From Octopus sinensis (Eukaryota), in NCBI RefSeq assembly GCF_006345805.1, contig NC_042998.1, forward strand, positions 102,114,001-102,178,000: a DNA stretch of 64,000 bases. The letters are read 5' to 3'. The notes under the pieces are model-generated. The model made no database searches. It saw nothing but the letters and a program-made list of their open reading frames with translations, and had not been told where the DNA came from. Below are positions 28,498 to 40,161 of this stretch, in pieces; positions within the stretch are counted from its first letter, which is position 1, and each line of letters begins with the position of its first letter. The translations under genes and the position numbers were made by a program.

Positions 28498-28588
28498 GAC
28501 ATCTTCTTCTTCTTCTTCTTCATCTTCATCTTCTTCTTCTTTTTCTTACTTATTTACTAGTACCACCACCACCACCACCACCACCACC

Positions 28589-28646
<58 letters not shown>

Positions 28647-28693
28647 ATAATAATAATAATAATAATAGTAGTAGTAGTAGTAGCAGCAGCAGC
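28498..28693. repeat. Compound microsatellite (TCT)-(ACC)-(ACT)-(AAT)-(AGT)-(AGC)
   Basis: Direct reading. Confidence 0.9.
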
Positions 28694-28849
28694 GGCAAAT
28701 ACATATGCATGCTTCATATTTCTTCGTTCCTACCGGTGTTTGATAAAACTTTTGTTACACAGACATGAACTAACATTAAGAATATTAAAATCGTATTACT
28801 CAAAACTTATACTAGAGGAAGCTGAAAGGTTCTTGGTTTTAATGGTATC

Positions 28850-29017
28850 GCGAACGGTCTGGTTCAAAGCCTAACATTCCGAGTTATTTTGCAGGGCTTA
28901 GAAAAACTGGAGGACTGCTACAATAAATGTGTGAATCTGAGAGGGCTGGGGTATGTTAAGTGAACCTCCTCTATTTCCTTATACTCAAAGCCAGGAAATT
29001 TTCAGCACCCACTCATA
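28850..29017 (+). pseudogene. Mariner transposase C-terminal fragment and probable right TIR
   Basis: WF...GLEKLEDCYNKCVNLRGLGYVK* matches the mariner end (G..KL..RW.KC...G.Y). Confidence 0.55.
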
Positions 29018-30195
29018 GATATTTCTAGAGAATCTGTCCTCATTAAATCGGAAAACGTTAATCATGCCTTCTTTCATGAAGATATAAGCAGAAATAATGA
29101 GATGGGGCTTGATGTCGACAAAAGTTTAAAACTATTACAGACATATGTAGATAAAAAAAGTATCATTTCGAGGAATCCGATTTATATAATTGTGGAATAC
29201 TTTTAACTATGAGCCTTCTATTATTGTGAACAAAATTCGATTTCCAGTGTTCGTTGTTTTATTTTAGAAATAACCCCCCAAAATACGAATTTTTAGACAA
29301 GACCTGAAAATTATCTAGAACATAAATGTATAAGCCTAAATATCTCCTCTATTGAAAATAATATAGGAAGCTTTATGTTTATGCTGCATATTGAGGGAGA
29401 GATACGTGTCGACAATTGTTCTATTTTGATCAGATAATCCTTATGTGGTTATTGTCCTTGACGTGAGATTTGTAGAAATGTTGACTTTTGATATCACCTT
29501 GCTTTTTACATTTGCAGTTGGTTTAAATTGCAACAAAAGAAGCTTTCTCAATTTTCTTGTTTTGGGATTCACAGTGTGGAATTGCGCGAAAAATTACAAA
29601 GCTGTGTAGAATGACCTGGTGGTGATGCTGAGCTTTGTAGTTTTTCATAGCTCCCATGGTTACCGAGGTAATCTACTACAATAATAATCGTGTGTTTTTG
29701 AATGAGAAAGGAAGAGGTGATAGATGAATAAGGAAAGAAGGAGTGATGTCATATTGTTTCAAAGCTCCCATGGTTACCGAGATAACATGCTATAATAATA
29801 CTCTTGTGTTTATGAATGAGAAAGGAAGGGGTGATATACTTGGTAGTGGGATGAGGAAAACTGTACGCTGAAAAAATAAATCAAACATCGTTTCAACTCT
29901 GTGTGAACATATGTGTGTGTATGTAAAAGGTGTGTATGTGAATGTGTGTGTGTGTCTGTATGCGTTTGCACGCAATGCAAGTGGGATGGTTCATCTTTGT
30001 TCAATTAGTATTTGGGTTTATTTTTTGATTTGGTTGGTTTTATTTTTTGATTTGGTTGGTTTGTTTTTTGTTGGTCAGTTATTTTTTGCGTTTTGACAGA
30101 AAAAAGTAATTCTAAAATAGTTTCTTAATGTAAGCGTGACAAATAAGTCGCATGCTCACACAGAACAGGTTTTACAGCCACATCATCAAAACCGA

Positions 30196-30222
30196 CCGGG
30201 TGAAACCGGGCTTAGCTGCTAG
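30196..30222 (+). mobile_element. Helitron-like 3' terminus
   Basis: CCGG-GTGAAA-CCGG hairpin, 9 nt, then CTAG followed by T. 5' TC end not located. Confidence 0.55.
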
Positions 30223-30223
30223 T

Positions 30224-30262
<39 letters not shown>

Positions 30263-30367
30263 AAAAGCAATTAAGATTCAAGGGAATTCTGTTGAATTCA
30301 CATGAATGCGGTACTTAACTTAGATGTACCAGAAATCTATATGGTGTTAACCATAAGATAATGCGGG

Positions 30368-31276
30368 GTGATTATAAATAAGAAAAAAGCAACAAGAATG
30401 GATCAATATTTCGGTACAATTGTTTCGTACGAAGACAGCTTTATTAAGGCAGTAAATACTGCAGTAAATATAAGTGACCCGTACTCATCAACCGAAAACA
30501 ACAATAGTGATCGCGCCGGAAATAAAAGTAGAAGTAGATTTAATGTGACAACAAGTCTAAATGGAAATAAGAACAAAGATAAGAACATAGACCAAAACAT
30601 AGATAACTCGGATAGGATAAATTTAGATAAAACAAAGAAGCATACTATTAGTAACATTGATAAAGAGAACTTACATATTCCTAATAAAAGAAGTAACAAT
30701 AGACACGTAAACAACAATAGAGATCACGCCAGAAATAAAAGTAGAAGTAGATTTACGGTGACAACTAATCTAAATGAAAATAAGAATAATGATAAGAACA
30801 TAGACCAGAACATAGGTAATACGGATAAAATAAATTTAGATAAAACAAAGAGGCATAAAAATAGGAACATTAATAAACACAACGACTCTGGTGAAAGTAG
30901 GAATGATTCAACTAACCCCAATTCTAATTCTAGGAAATTTAATAAGGAAGATATAATGTGGCTAAATGTTCCTTTCAACTGTGCGATTCTATCGGATATT
31001 CAGAGTAGATTCAAAATAATTCTGGAAAAGAACTTCCCAACTTCTCATAGATATCATAAAATTATTTCTAGAAACACGGTCAGAATTTCTTATTCAATCC
31101 TCCCAAATATGTCCACTTTAATAGCTAAGATCAATAATATTAACATTAAACTAGCCAGGAAAAATTTAGATAATAACAATAGGAATACAAATGGCAATTG
31201 TAGTAACATTACCGAAATTAATAATAGCCACAATAATAATAATAACTATCATAACATAGGTATAACCAATAGCTAG
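30368..31276 (+). CDS. Asn-rich ORF ending in PLE RT-to-endonuclease linker
   Basis: 302 aa; two in-frame 71-codon repeats; C-terminal WLNVPFN...KNFP...KIISRNTVRISYS...N matches the linker before PLE GIY-YIG domains. Expression unknown. Confidence 0.5.
   Translation: MIINKKKATRMDQYFGTIVSYEDSFIKAVNTAVNISDPYSSTENNNSDRAGNKSRSRFNVTTSLNGNKNKDKNIDQNIDNSDRINLDKTKKHTISNIDKENLHIPNKRSNNRHVNNNRDHARNKSRSRFTVTTNLNENKNNDKNIDQNIGNTDKINLDKTKRHKNRNINKHNDSGESRNDSTNPNSNSRKFNKEDIMWLNVPFNCAILSDIQSRFKIILEKNFPTSHRYHKIISRNTVRISYSILPNMSTLIAKINNINIKLARKNLDNNNRNTNGNCSNITEINNSHNNNNNYHNIGITNS
30409..30497 (-). ncRNA. Hammerhead ribozyme copy with C3U core change
   Basis: Minus strand: TTTCGG-TTGATGA-GTACG...CGTAC-GAAAC-AATT-GTA^-CCGAAA. 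Confidence 0.8.
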
Positions 31277-31316
31277 TAATAATAATAATACAAATAGGAA
31301 CAATTATGTTAATAAT

Positions 31317-32057
31317 ATGAATAATACTAATAGGGAAAATACTGAGAATGAAGACAACAACCATATCTATAGTAACAGTATACATTTAGAAACTAATACT
31401 GGCAATAATAGTAGCAATACCAATAATGTTAGTAACTATGGTAGGACTATAGAATTAAATGATAGTGTAGAAAGACCGATAAATGATAATACTGCTTTAG
31501 ATAACAACATTAACTATAATAACGATAACACTATTTTAGATAGCAGCAGTAACCATAAAAACGAAAAATATACTCATAATGTTTTGAATAGCAGTAATAT
31601 GAGACATCTATCCTTGAGTAATCCCACATCGGAAAATGATCCCCCTAGGTGTAACTGTAGAATTAGATCAAGATGCCTGGCACCTGGTCTATGCGGGTTA
31701 AACAACGTAATCTATAAATATACCATAACCACAGAGAATAACAAATTTATTTATTTAGGGTGTACTATAAATTTTAAGAAACGTCTTAGCAATCATCTCT
31801 CTTCTTTCAGATTACGTCATAAAGCTGATAGCACCACACTTTCAAGTAAGATCTGGGAACTCAAAAACAATAATATTAAGTATAACCTTAACTGGGAATT
31901 AGTTAGAAGAGCGATACCTTATAAAAATAGCAGAGTTGGTTGTCAACTTTGCTCCATGGAAACATTTGAAATACTAATGCATAGAAGAAATGATAATTTG
32001 CTGAATAACCGTATAGAATTGGGTTATCTTGTATTCACGCTAAGATTAAGACTCTAA
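31317..32057 (+). pseudogene. Penelope-like GIY-YIG endonuclease
   Basis: CNCR...C, VIY...YLGCT, FKKRLSNH, LSSKIWELK, CQLCSME, LLN. Terminal CIH is in a shifted frame after ~32020; separated from upstream ORF by a stop and frame change. Confidence 0.85.
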
Positions 32058-33194
32058 AATATATAAATGATAACCGTATATAAAAATCATTTTGTGATTT
32101 GTCTATCTTGCTTATACTAATAAAGCAAAATTCTTATATATTATATTATATATTTAATTAGATAGCTACGAGCTCATAGGCATTGGTTATTTTCTCTCTA
32201 ACTGTACCAGGTTTGAAACATAAAGAAATAAATTAGTTGCAAATAAATTTTCATTCTAGTAGACTATATAGATAATTTAAATTAATTTTATCTAATTTTT
32301 AATCTAATTTAGGTAAACCAACTTATAGCACATTAGTTAATTAGACTTCGTAATTCTTTTATATACTACTAGTAAATATTGCTAATCCCATAAAAATAAT
32401 ATAACGATTTTTCATTATGAAAAATAACTCTCAATCCTTTCTTTTGACCCCTTAATGTAGTCCCAAAGTCTGCCAATGTATTAGTAGTAACATTAATAAA
32501 TAAAGAACTAAATTAAATGACCTCCTTTCTAGTCTTGCACTGAAATCTGTTAATGTTTTTTTCCTATAGTGACAACCTTTGACCCTTCTTTACCTTCCCA
32601 TATCCTCTTTATATAGCTATTAACGACGGTATTTGGTCAAGATTAGCATTCCTCCTTAAAGCTTTTAGATTCTTGCAAATTCTGAATCAGTCAGTTCGTC
32701 TCTACTGAAATAAACTCTTCTACGTAGTTGGACATTTACATCCCCTTCCCCCCCTCAGTTACCCCAATATACCCTATGTGAGAGATTGTCTCTACGCTTC
32801 ACTAACCCTCCTTCAACAAATTTAATTCTAACATAGCAGGTTGGAGAAATTCTCAGAAATTTAACCAGTATATCACCACACATCAGGAAACACACTTTAT
32901 TATGGACTAATTATGGATAAATGCATCTTCTGTGAGTATGAAAGCTCTCCTCATATCTCCAGAAATCAAACTTACTTCAATATGGATGGATTTACATTCT
33001 CATTTTCATTTTCATTTTCTGGGAAACTAAGAGGTTTTTTAAAATACTTTTTTAAAACCCGTTATATGACTGTGCAACACTAAAAGAATTTTTAGAGGTC
33101 CGTTTGTTACCTAAATCTTATTTTTATAGAGCTATCCCTGATGTTTCAGGAGTGTAACACCACCCCCTTAGATGTTTGGAAAACTTAGATGTTT

Positions 33195-33283
33195 TTTCGG
33201 CTGATGAGTACGGGTCACTTATATTTACTGCAATATTTGCAGCCTTAATAAAGCTGTCTTCGTACGAAACAATTGTACCGAAA
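33195..33283 (+). ncRNA. Canonical type I hammerhead ribozyme
   Basis: TTTCGG-CTGATGA-GTACG-(48 nt)-CGTAC-GAAAC-AATT-GTA^-CCGAAA; 6-bp stem I, palindromic stem III ACAATTGT; predicted cleavage after A33277. Confidence 0.9.
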
Positions 33284-33310
33284 TATTGATCCATTCTTGT
33301 TGCTTTTTTC

Positions 33311-33359
<49 letters not shown>

Positions 33360-34044
33360 CGTGTGTGTGTGTGTGCGCGTGCGTGCGTGCGTGTGCGTCT
33401 GTGTGTATGTGTGTGTATAGAATATATTCCAGAGTCCTACACAAAATATGTTGTTTCAGTTCTCGCACTTCGGCAAATATGAACGATTTTTAGAGCTGCT
33501 TATAGATAATATTCATTAAAAGGTATATTATCTCACATCACACGCTCAACTACACACTACACACACACACACACGTACACACACATGCATGCAAATATAT
33601 ATTATTTTAATTAATAATAATAGAAGTAGTATATATACTGTTACAGATTCAGGCGTGCTTGGGAGGGCGGTTCAACTATCCATTGAAACTATAAGTTTAC
33701 ACTAAGCTAGCTAGGAACATCTTGGTGCTAATTACAAAGTGTTCCCACTGAAGCTATAAATATTATATATTTTTCTATCCACATATGAAATTAATCTAAA
33801 TGCCGCAGCCCACGGTCGAAGTGGCAGCAGCACGCTGGCAAACTTATGTCCAATACATGGATCTAAAATTAAAAAGAGAAATTACCAATAGAGAATCAAC
33901 AATTAGAAGCCACTTAAATTTATTTTGAAACAATAAACGTTGTCTGCAAAATGTGATGAAATAGACATATAGTTCGTTCCTACGAGAAGAGGGTTAAATT
34001 TCTTTCACATTATTAAATGTGGGAATATATATTTTCTATTTTTT

Positions 34045-34260
34045 TTATTCTTTTAATTCCTATAATAATTTGACTGCGACCATGCTGGAGCATCGCCTTT
34101 AGTCGAACGGATCAGACCCAGGAGTTATGCTTTGTATGCCTAGTACTTATCCTATCGATCTTTTTCGCCATACCGCTAGATAACGGGGACGTAAACTCAC
34201 CAACATCGATTGTCAAGCGACGTTGGCGGGAAAAACACAGACACACAAACATACACACAC
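34045..34260 (-). mobile_element. SINE tail fragment
   Basis: Reverse complement of 7140-7335 family. Confidence 0.75.
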
Positions 34261-34414
34261 ATGCACACACACACGCACACAAACACACACACATGCATAT
34301 ATATATATATCGTACTTTGTATTTTTGTTGTTTACGTTTTGTGTCGTCTTCTGCCCACATATTCATGTGTATATACGTATACATGTAAGTATGTACGATA
34401 CTTATACATATATG

Positions 34415-34454
<40 letters not shown>

Positions 34455-34507
34455 CACACACACACAACACACACACACACTATATATATATATATATATT
34501 GTTTCAA

Positions 34508-34725
34508 GGCGGCGAGCTGGTAGAAACGTTAGCACGCCGGGCGAAATTCGTCTGTCGTTACGTTCCGAGTTCAAATTCCGCCGAGGTCGACTTTGCCTTT
34601 CATCCTTTCGGGGTCGATAAATTAAGTACCAGTTACGCACTGGGGTCGATGTAGTCGACGTAATCCATTTGTCTGTCCTTGTTTGTCCCCTCTGTGTTTA
34701 GCCCCTTGTGGGTAGTAAAGAAATA
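34508..34725 (+). mobile_element. tRNA-derived SINE with Meta-like central domain
   Basis: B-box GAGTTCAAATTCC (34567-34579); GGTCGACTTTGCCTTTCATCCTTTCGGGGTCGATAAATTAAGTACC resembles the MetaSINE domain (from memory); A-rich end. Confidence 0.75.
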
Positions 34726-35637
34726 TATATATATATTGTTTATAGTCTTAAATGACTGAACGCCATTCATGCTTTTCCAAGTAAGGTTTATCTTGATAAT
34801 TCTGATGCAAATCTGATTTCTTCCTATTACTCTTTCGTTTCTCTTATTATTTTCTCTTCATTTCTCTTATTATCTTACTTCCTCTTCTCTCACTATCCTG
34901 TCCTTTTACTCTTTCGTTTTTCCCTTCCTTCCTATTATTCTTTTACCTCCACTTCTCCCACTATTCTAGCCTTTTATTCTTTTGTTTTCTCTCTTCCTTT
35001 CTTTTATTCTTTTACCTCCTATTCTCCCCCTCCTTTTTTCACTCTTATCCTATCTCCAAATATTTTGCTCTCCCTGTTCTCTGTCTGTTACGCTCTCTCC
35101 TTTACCCTTCCTCCTTTGATCACGTGGCTCCCACGTGACCATCGGTCATTTTTCTTTCTTCTCCTAACTTGTGATTCTTTCTTTCCTCGTGTTCCAGCTA
35201 GACAAGGAAGATGTATTATTGCCTTCTTCTGTCTAAGCTTGTTTCTTCGCATTCGCCACCACAGCCTCGTTTAGACTAAGCATCCTTTTGTTATCAATTT
35301 CCTGTTTTTGACACCAATGTTGACCCTCAGCAAAATCCCAAATTATGTTTGATTTGCTTTGCGGAAGCAACTGTTTTATCGAAACGGGTATCTTGTCGTG
35401 AAATGTTCGAAAAACGGAATAAGAAAACAGCCGATAACTGGTGAAGGGTCTTTCTTTATGCTGTTTGTCATGTTTATAATTTGGCTCTTTCGTGACCCGC
35501 AAAGAAATTCATATTCCATGTCCTCGTACTTTGTATTTTGTTTACGTTTTGTGACGTCCTGTGCCCACATATGCTTATGAATATACGTATACATGTCAGT
35601 ATGTACATATGCGTATATATAATAATGCATATATATA

Positions 35638-35694
<57 letters not shown>

Positions 35695-35729
35695 TGTTAT
35701 CATTATTATTATTATATAAATCTTTAAAT

Positions 35730-36720
35730 CCTTAAAATTGTTTCAGCCCGAAAGCTGCGGCCATGCTGGGGCACCACCGCTGACTGTGCTACGTTAGTAT
35801 CATTAGTATGTGAAACCACCTCTGATACGTGGCACTTGGTCAACAAGGGAGTTCGACGTGGCTGCCCGTATCTGTGTTTCGTGCCGACAGGTAGGTTCAT
35901 CTGAACCCCTGACAAGAAGAGAGCCAGTTTAGTTTTAAAGAAACCCACATCCACACCATGCAGGTTGCTCAGACCTTTAAGAAGGATATTGAAGAGCCTT
36001 AAACTCAAGCTGTTGCAGTATATGGTCCTGTATTTTGATGGGGATTTTGGGATCCTTGGCCCCATCCAGTGGCGTCCCGTTCTGCTGTTGGATAAATTTG
36101 AATGCCAAAAAATTGGGAGAAAGCCCTCCAGGTTTCCTAGATGTATATCATTGCATATCTCTCCCACCTTCGCTCCAGGGAGAAGAGTTTTAATACTTTC
36201 AGTCTTTCCCAGTAGCTGATATTTTGTATTGAGACAATCTTCTTAGTGTAGCTTCATTGGATTGCGTCGAGTTCTGATGTTAACCTTATATTGTGTGGTG
36301 ACCATAGTTGGGAGCAATAGTCAAGCGGCTGAGGACGAATGTCTTCCAAAGGGCCAAGAGTGTCGCTTTCTTTCTTGTTCTGAAAGTTTGGAGGATCCAT
36401 CCAGCTAGCCGCCTGGATTTTATTACCAAATTAGCAATATGCACTTGGAAAGATGCATCATTGCTCATATCAATGCCCAGGTCATGCACTGATTTTGACT
36501 CAGGAATTGCAATTCTTCCCGGGTCAGTGTATCCGATCTTCATGTCGTTCAGCTTTGTGTGCCGGTAGCGCAGGGCTTGGAACTTCCCTGCATTAAACTG
36601 CATGTTGTTGTCCTCAGCCCACCTGTATAATCTAGCCAACTCCTGTTGCAGATATGCAATATTTCCAGGGTTTTATATTGTCTGAGAGACTTTTGTGTCA
36701 TCTGCATAGCTAGCAAGGAT
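35730..36720 (-). mobile_element. 5'-truncated CR1-like LINE (RT C-terminus + 3' tail)
   Basis: YADDTK at ~36690-36710, WAEDNNMQFNAGKF, DLGI, WILQTF; frameshifted; tail ends next to (TTA)n. Confidence 0.85.
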
Positions 36721-36758
36721 GACCATATATCTGTATTTGTATTTCTATGTGTATATAA

Positions 36759-36802
<44 letters not shown>

Positions 36803-37484
36803 TATATATATAGATATATATATATATACATATACATATTTATGTATATATACACGGACAGTGACACATACACGCACACATACACAAAAATACACATATA
36901 TATGTACGTATATCTGTGTGAGTGTATGTCCGTGTTGATGTGCATAAATATGTGTATTTATATTATATACAAAAAATACAGGTATATATGGGTGTATGTA
37001 CTCACGTTTAAATGCATATATATATATATATATACATATATGCAGAAACATATGTATGCAGACATATACATATCATTCTATTGAGTAAGACAACAATTAT
37101 ACAGCAAACAATCATATACAAGATTGCAAAAATATAAAACTTGCCTAGATTTCGTTGGTGAATAAAATTGACAGCATATTCTGTAGGAAAAATAAGACTT
37201 GACAAATAATATTGTAAGAATGCAGAATCCAACTGCTATGTCGGTTTTTATGTGGAACACGTATTCTTTTGTACGCAATAAATGTAGAATGATATTTAAT
37301 AGAATGATGTTTTCAGCGTTTTCATATCAGCATGGGATATTTGAAAATAAAGAATTACAAGAAAAATGATATTTTAGCCTAAACATCATGTTGTGTTACG
37401 TAAAATGGACATTTTGATACTTCGATAAATGTGTCGCCTACTTCGAGAACTTTTTAATACTTTTTGATATTTATATATAAATAT

Positions 37485-37538
<54 letters not shown>

Positions 37539-37719
37539 TTATAAATATAAATTTTAATTAATAATTTTAAATTTAAATAATTTAAATTTTAAAATTTATA
37601 TTTTATATATTTTGTAAATTATATTTATTATTTTTCTTTTTATGTTTAGGTTTATGTTTTTCACTGTTTGATTTGCCAAATGGTGGCTTTATCTCTAATT
37701 TAATTTATATATATAAGTT

Positions 37720-37960
37720 CACTAAATTTAGATTCAGATTATTATGGTACTTAAGTTAAAGGCAGCAGAATTTAGTATGATATTACCCATATAATTCAAA
37801 ATGGGGTGATTATAATCAAAATAAGCAACAAGGATATGCAGCTGAAAGTAGCTCTACATTTTAAATTGATGTAATGTTTGCATTGTTCAATTAAAAGGAG
37901 TCGCATGAAACGATCATACTGCATTATCTCTGGATATCCTTGTTGCTTATTTTGATTATA
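37720..37960. mobile_element. Leader-A + perfect 27-bp inverted repeat cassette
   Basis: TATAATCAAAATAAGCAACAAGGATAT (37811-37837) and exact reverse complement (37934-37960); interior homologous to 24370-24440. Confidence 0.8.
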
Positions 37961-38059
37961 TATACATATATATATATATATGATGTAGTTTCAGCTCATT
38001 GCTGCGCTTATGGTAATGCACCGCCGTTTATAACATGGAGAAGATGGAGAGAGGATTAA

Positions 38060-38332
38060 TATTTTTTTTTAACATTGACATAACCAGACCTAAAATTGAT
38101 TCAATTCATCACTTGCGGCATAAAAGTTAACCAAATTTAATTTGATTTAACTAAATTAATTTCGTTACATACTACAAGTGATAATGTCTTGAGGGAAGAT
38201 TTTCCAAAGGAATTAATCATAGCGAAAACAAAATGAAAACATAAATATATGTATATATATGTATATCCATCTATCTATAGACACACACACACACATATAT
38301 ATATATGTGTGTGTGTGTATGTGCGCATGTAG

Positions 38333-38379
<47 letters not shown>

Positions 38380-38762
38380 CAACAATTGAGGGCAAAATTA
38401 ATTAATTATTAATCAATTTCACCAAGTGTTCAGTATGCAAAGGGACCATTCAAGGCGAATTCAAATTATTACATTATATAAAAGGGCTTAGTAAAAAATT
38501 ACTTTGCCGCATACTGAACTCATTAGAAATAGCAGCTAAAAAACTTTTTTAAAGCTATTTCTAATACTAAAGAAAATCTCTCTCATATATAGTGTTTGCT
38601 TAATTCACTCACAAAAGTGTGAGTTGAATTAAGCAAACACTATATATGAGAGAGATTTTCTTTAAGTATTAGAAATAGCTTTAAAAAAGTTTTTTAGCTG
38701 CTATTTCTAATGAGTTCAGTATGCGGCAAAGTAATTATTTTACTAAGCCCTTTTATATAATG

Positions 38763-38811
<49 letters not shown>

Positions 38812-39620
38812 TACATGCACATATATATGTACATATATATTATATACATGTGTGCGTATAACATTATGGCATTAGGTAGTACCAGCTGAACTTCGAAGAC
38901 ACAGAAATATCATATGATACTTATTTCTACCAACGCTGGTACTTCCTAGTGCTATAATGTTTTAATACTTGCCGGTACAGTACACGCTTTGGATTGCTAC
39001 TATTAGGTATTATTAATAATAATATATTTATATATATATATGAGGATATACACCTCGGTGGGATAAAAATATCCAATATCAATGATTAAGTGGGTAAATG
39101 CCTAACAAAGCAGGCACATACATATATATTATTAATAATATGATACAAAACAAAAAGATTAATAAAAGTGTTTTTTTTAAACATTGACAAGACCAGACTT
39201 AAAATTATTTCAATTAATCACTTGCGGCATAAAAATTAATCAAATTTAATTTCATTTATCTAAATTAATTTGGTTACTTGCTACAAGTGATAATGTCTTG
39301 AGGAAAGATTCTCCAAAAGAATTAATCAGGATGAAAACAAATGAAAACATAAAAACAGGGAAATACAGTTATTATATTAATATATTATATTATATATATA
39401 TCTATATATATATATCGTTAGTCATAAATTATTATGAATAAAGATTAAAAAGATATAGTCATGCAAAAATACAAATATTTTGATGTATAAAAATCAAGAG
39501 ACTTATTTGTAGACACTAACAAAATTGTTTTAGTTAAAGTACAGTAAATTGACTTAATTTTTATGGTACAAGTGATGAATTGTAACAATTGTAGGTCTGG
39601 TCTTGTCAATGTTAAAAAAC
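38060..39620. repeat. Three copies of an AT-rich repeat: direct 38060-38245 and 39170-39355, inverted 39520-39620
   Basis: Shared TTTTAACATTGAC...ACCAGAC...ATCACTTG; moderately diverged. Confidence 0.75.
38467..38767. repeat. Near-perfect palindrome, ~146-bp arms
   Basis: TATTACATTATATAAAAGGGC...ACTCAC / GTGAGT...GCCCTTTTATATAATGTAATA; centre ~38615; about 3 differences; preceded by single-copy arm 38386-38466. Confidence 0.9.
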
Positions 39621-39652
39621 TGTTATGAATCTTATATCCCTGTTTTCACTTG

Positions 39653-39708
<56 letters not shown>

Positions 39709-39722
39709 TATATATATTATAT

Positions 39723-39773
<51 letters not shown>

Positions 39774-39893
39774 ACAATCAAGGAACGGCCATAATAGGCC
39801 ATTCACCCACTAGAAATAACAGCCAAAGCTTCAACCGCAAATAAAGATCAATTCCGTAAACAGGAGAAAATTTAAAAAAACATTTACCCTGTA

Positions 39894-40000
39894 ATTTCTT
39901 GTACGATGCACCGTTTCGTCTGCTGTTTAATGGTAAACTAACCTGATTAAATTAAATCAAGCCAATCTTCCATAGGCCCTCAGATTCTTCAGCAAGAAAT
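39894..40000 (-). ncRNA. Type I hammerhead ribozyme motif with A.C at base of stem II
   Basis: Minus strand: ATTTCTTG-CTGAAGA-ATCTG...CAGAC-GAAAC-GGTGCATC-GTA^-CAAGAAAT; 8-bp stem I, 4-bp stem III with TGCA loop. Confidence 0.75.
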
Positions 40001-40161
40001 AGCCAAGTCGGAACAGATATTTTCACGAGGCATTGCCGACCCTGCCAAGTTAATATCTGACCTAAAATTTTCAAATCGTCGCACTCGCGCCAAATTTATC
40101 GGCAGCAAATAAATATAAGCCGTCGATTCCATTACGGAATTAACCAGAAAATTCATAATTT

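Larger units (their letters stand above)
30250..33319 (+). mobile_element. RT-less Penelope-like element with HHR-containing inverted repeats (30373-30498 / 33194-33319)
   Basis: 126-bp IR with 4 mismatches; PLE linker and GIY-YIG inside; (TA)n on both flanks; no RT motif seen. Confidence 0.8.

Noticed and set aside
30373-30380. TATAAATA as promoter of the Asn-rich ORF
   Set aside because: Too close to the ATG at 30398, part of the inverted repeat, and common in AT-rich DNA.
32700-33060. CIFCEYESSPH as a LINE zinc knuckle inside the PLE-derived element
   Set aside because: Short motif among stops, final Cys absent; not enough for a call.
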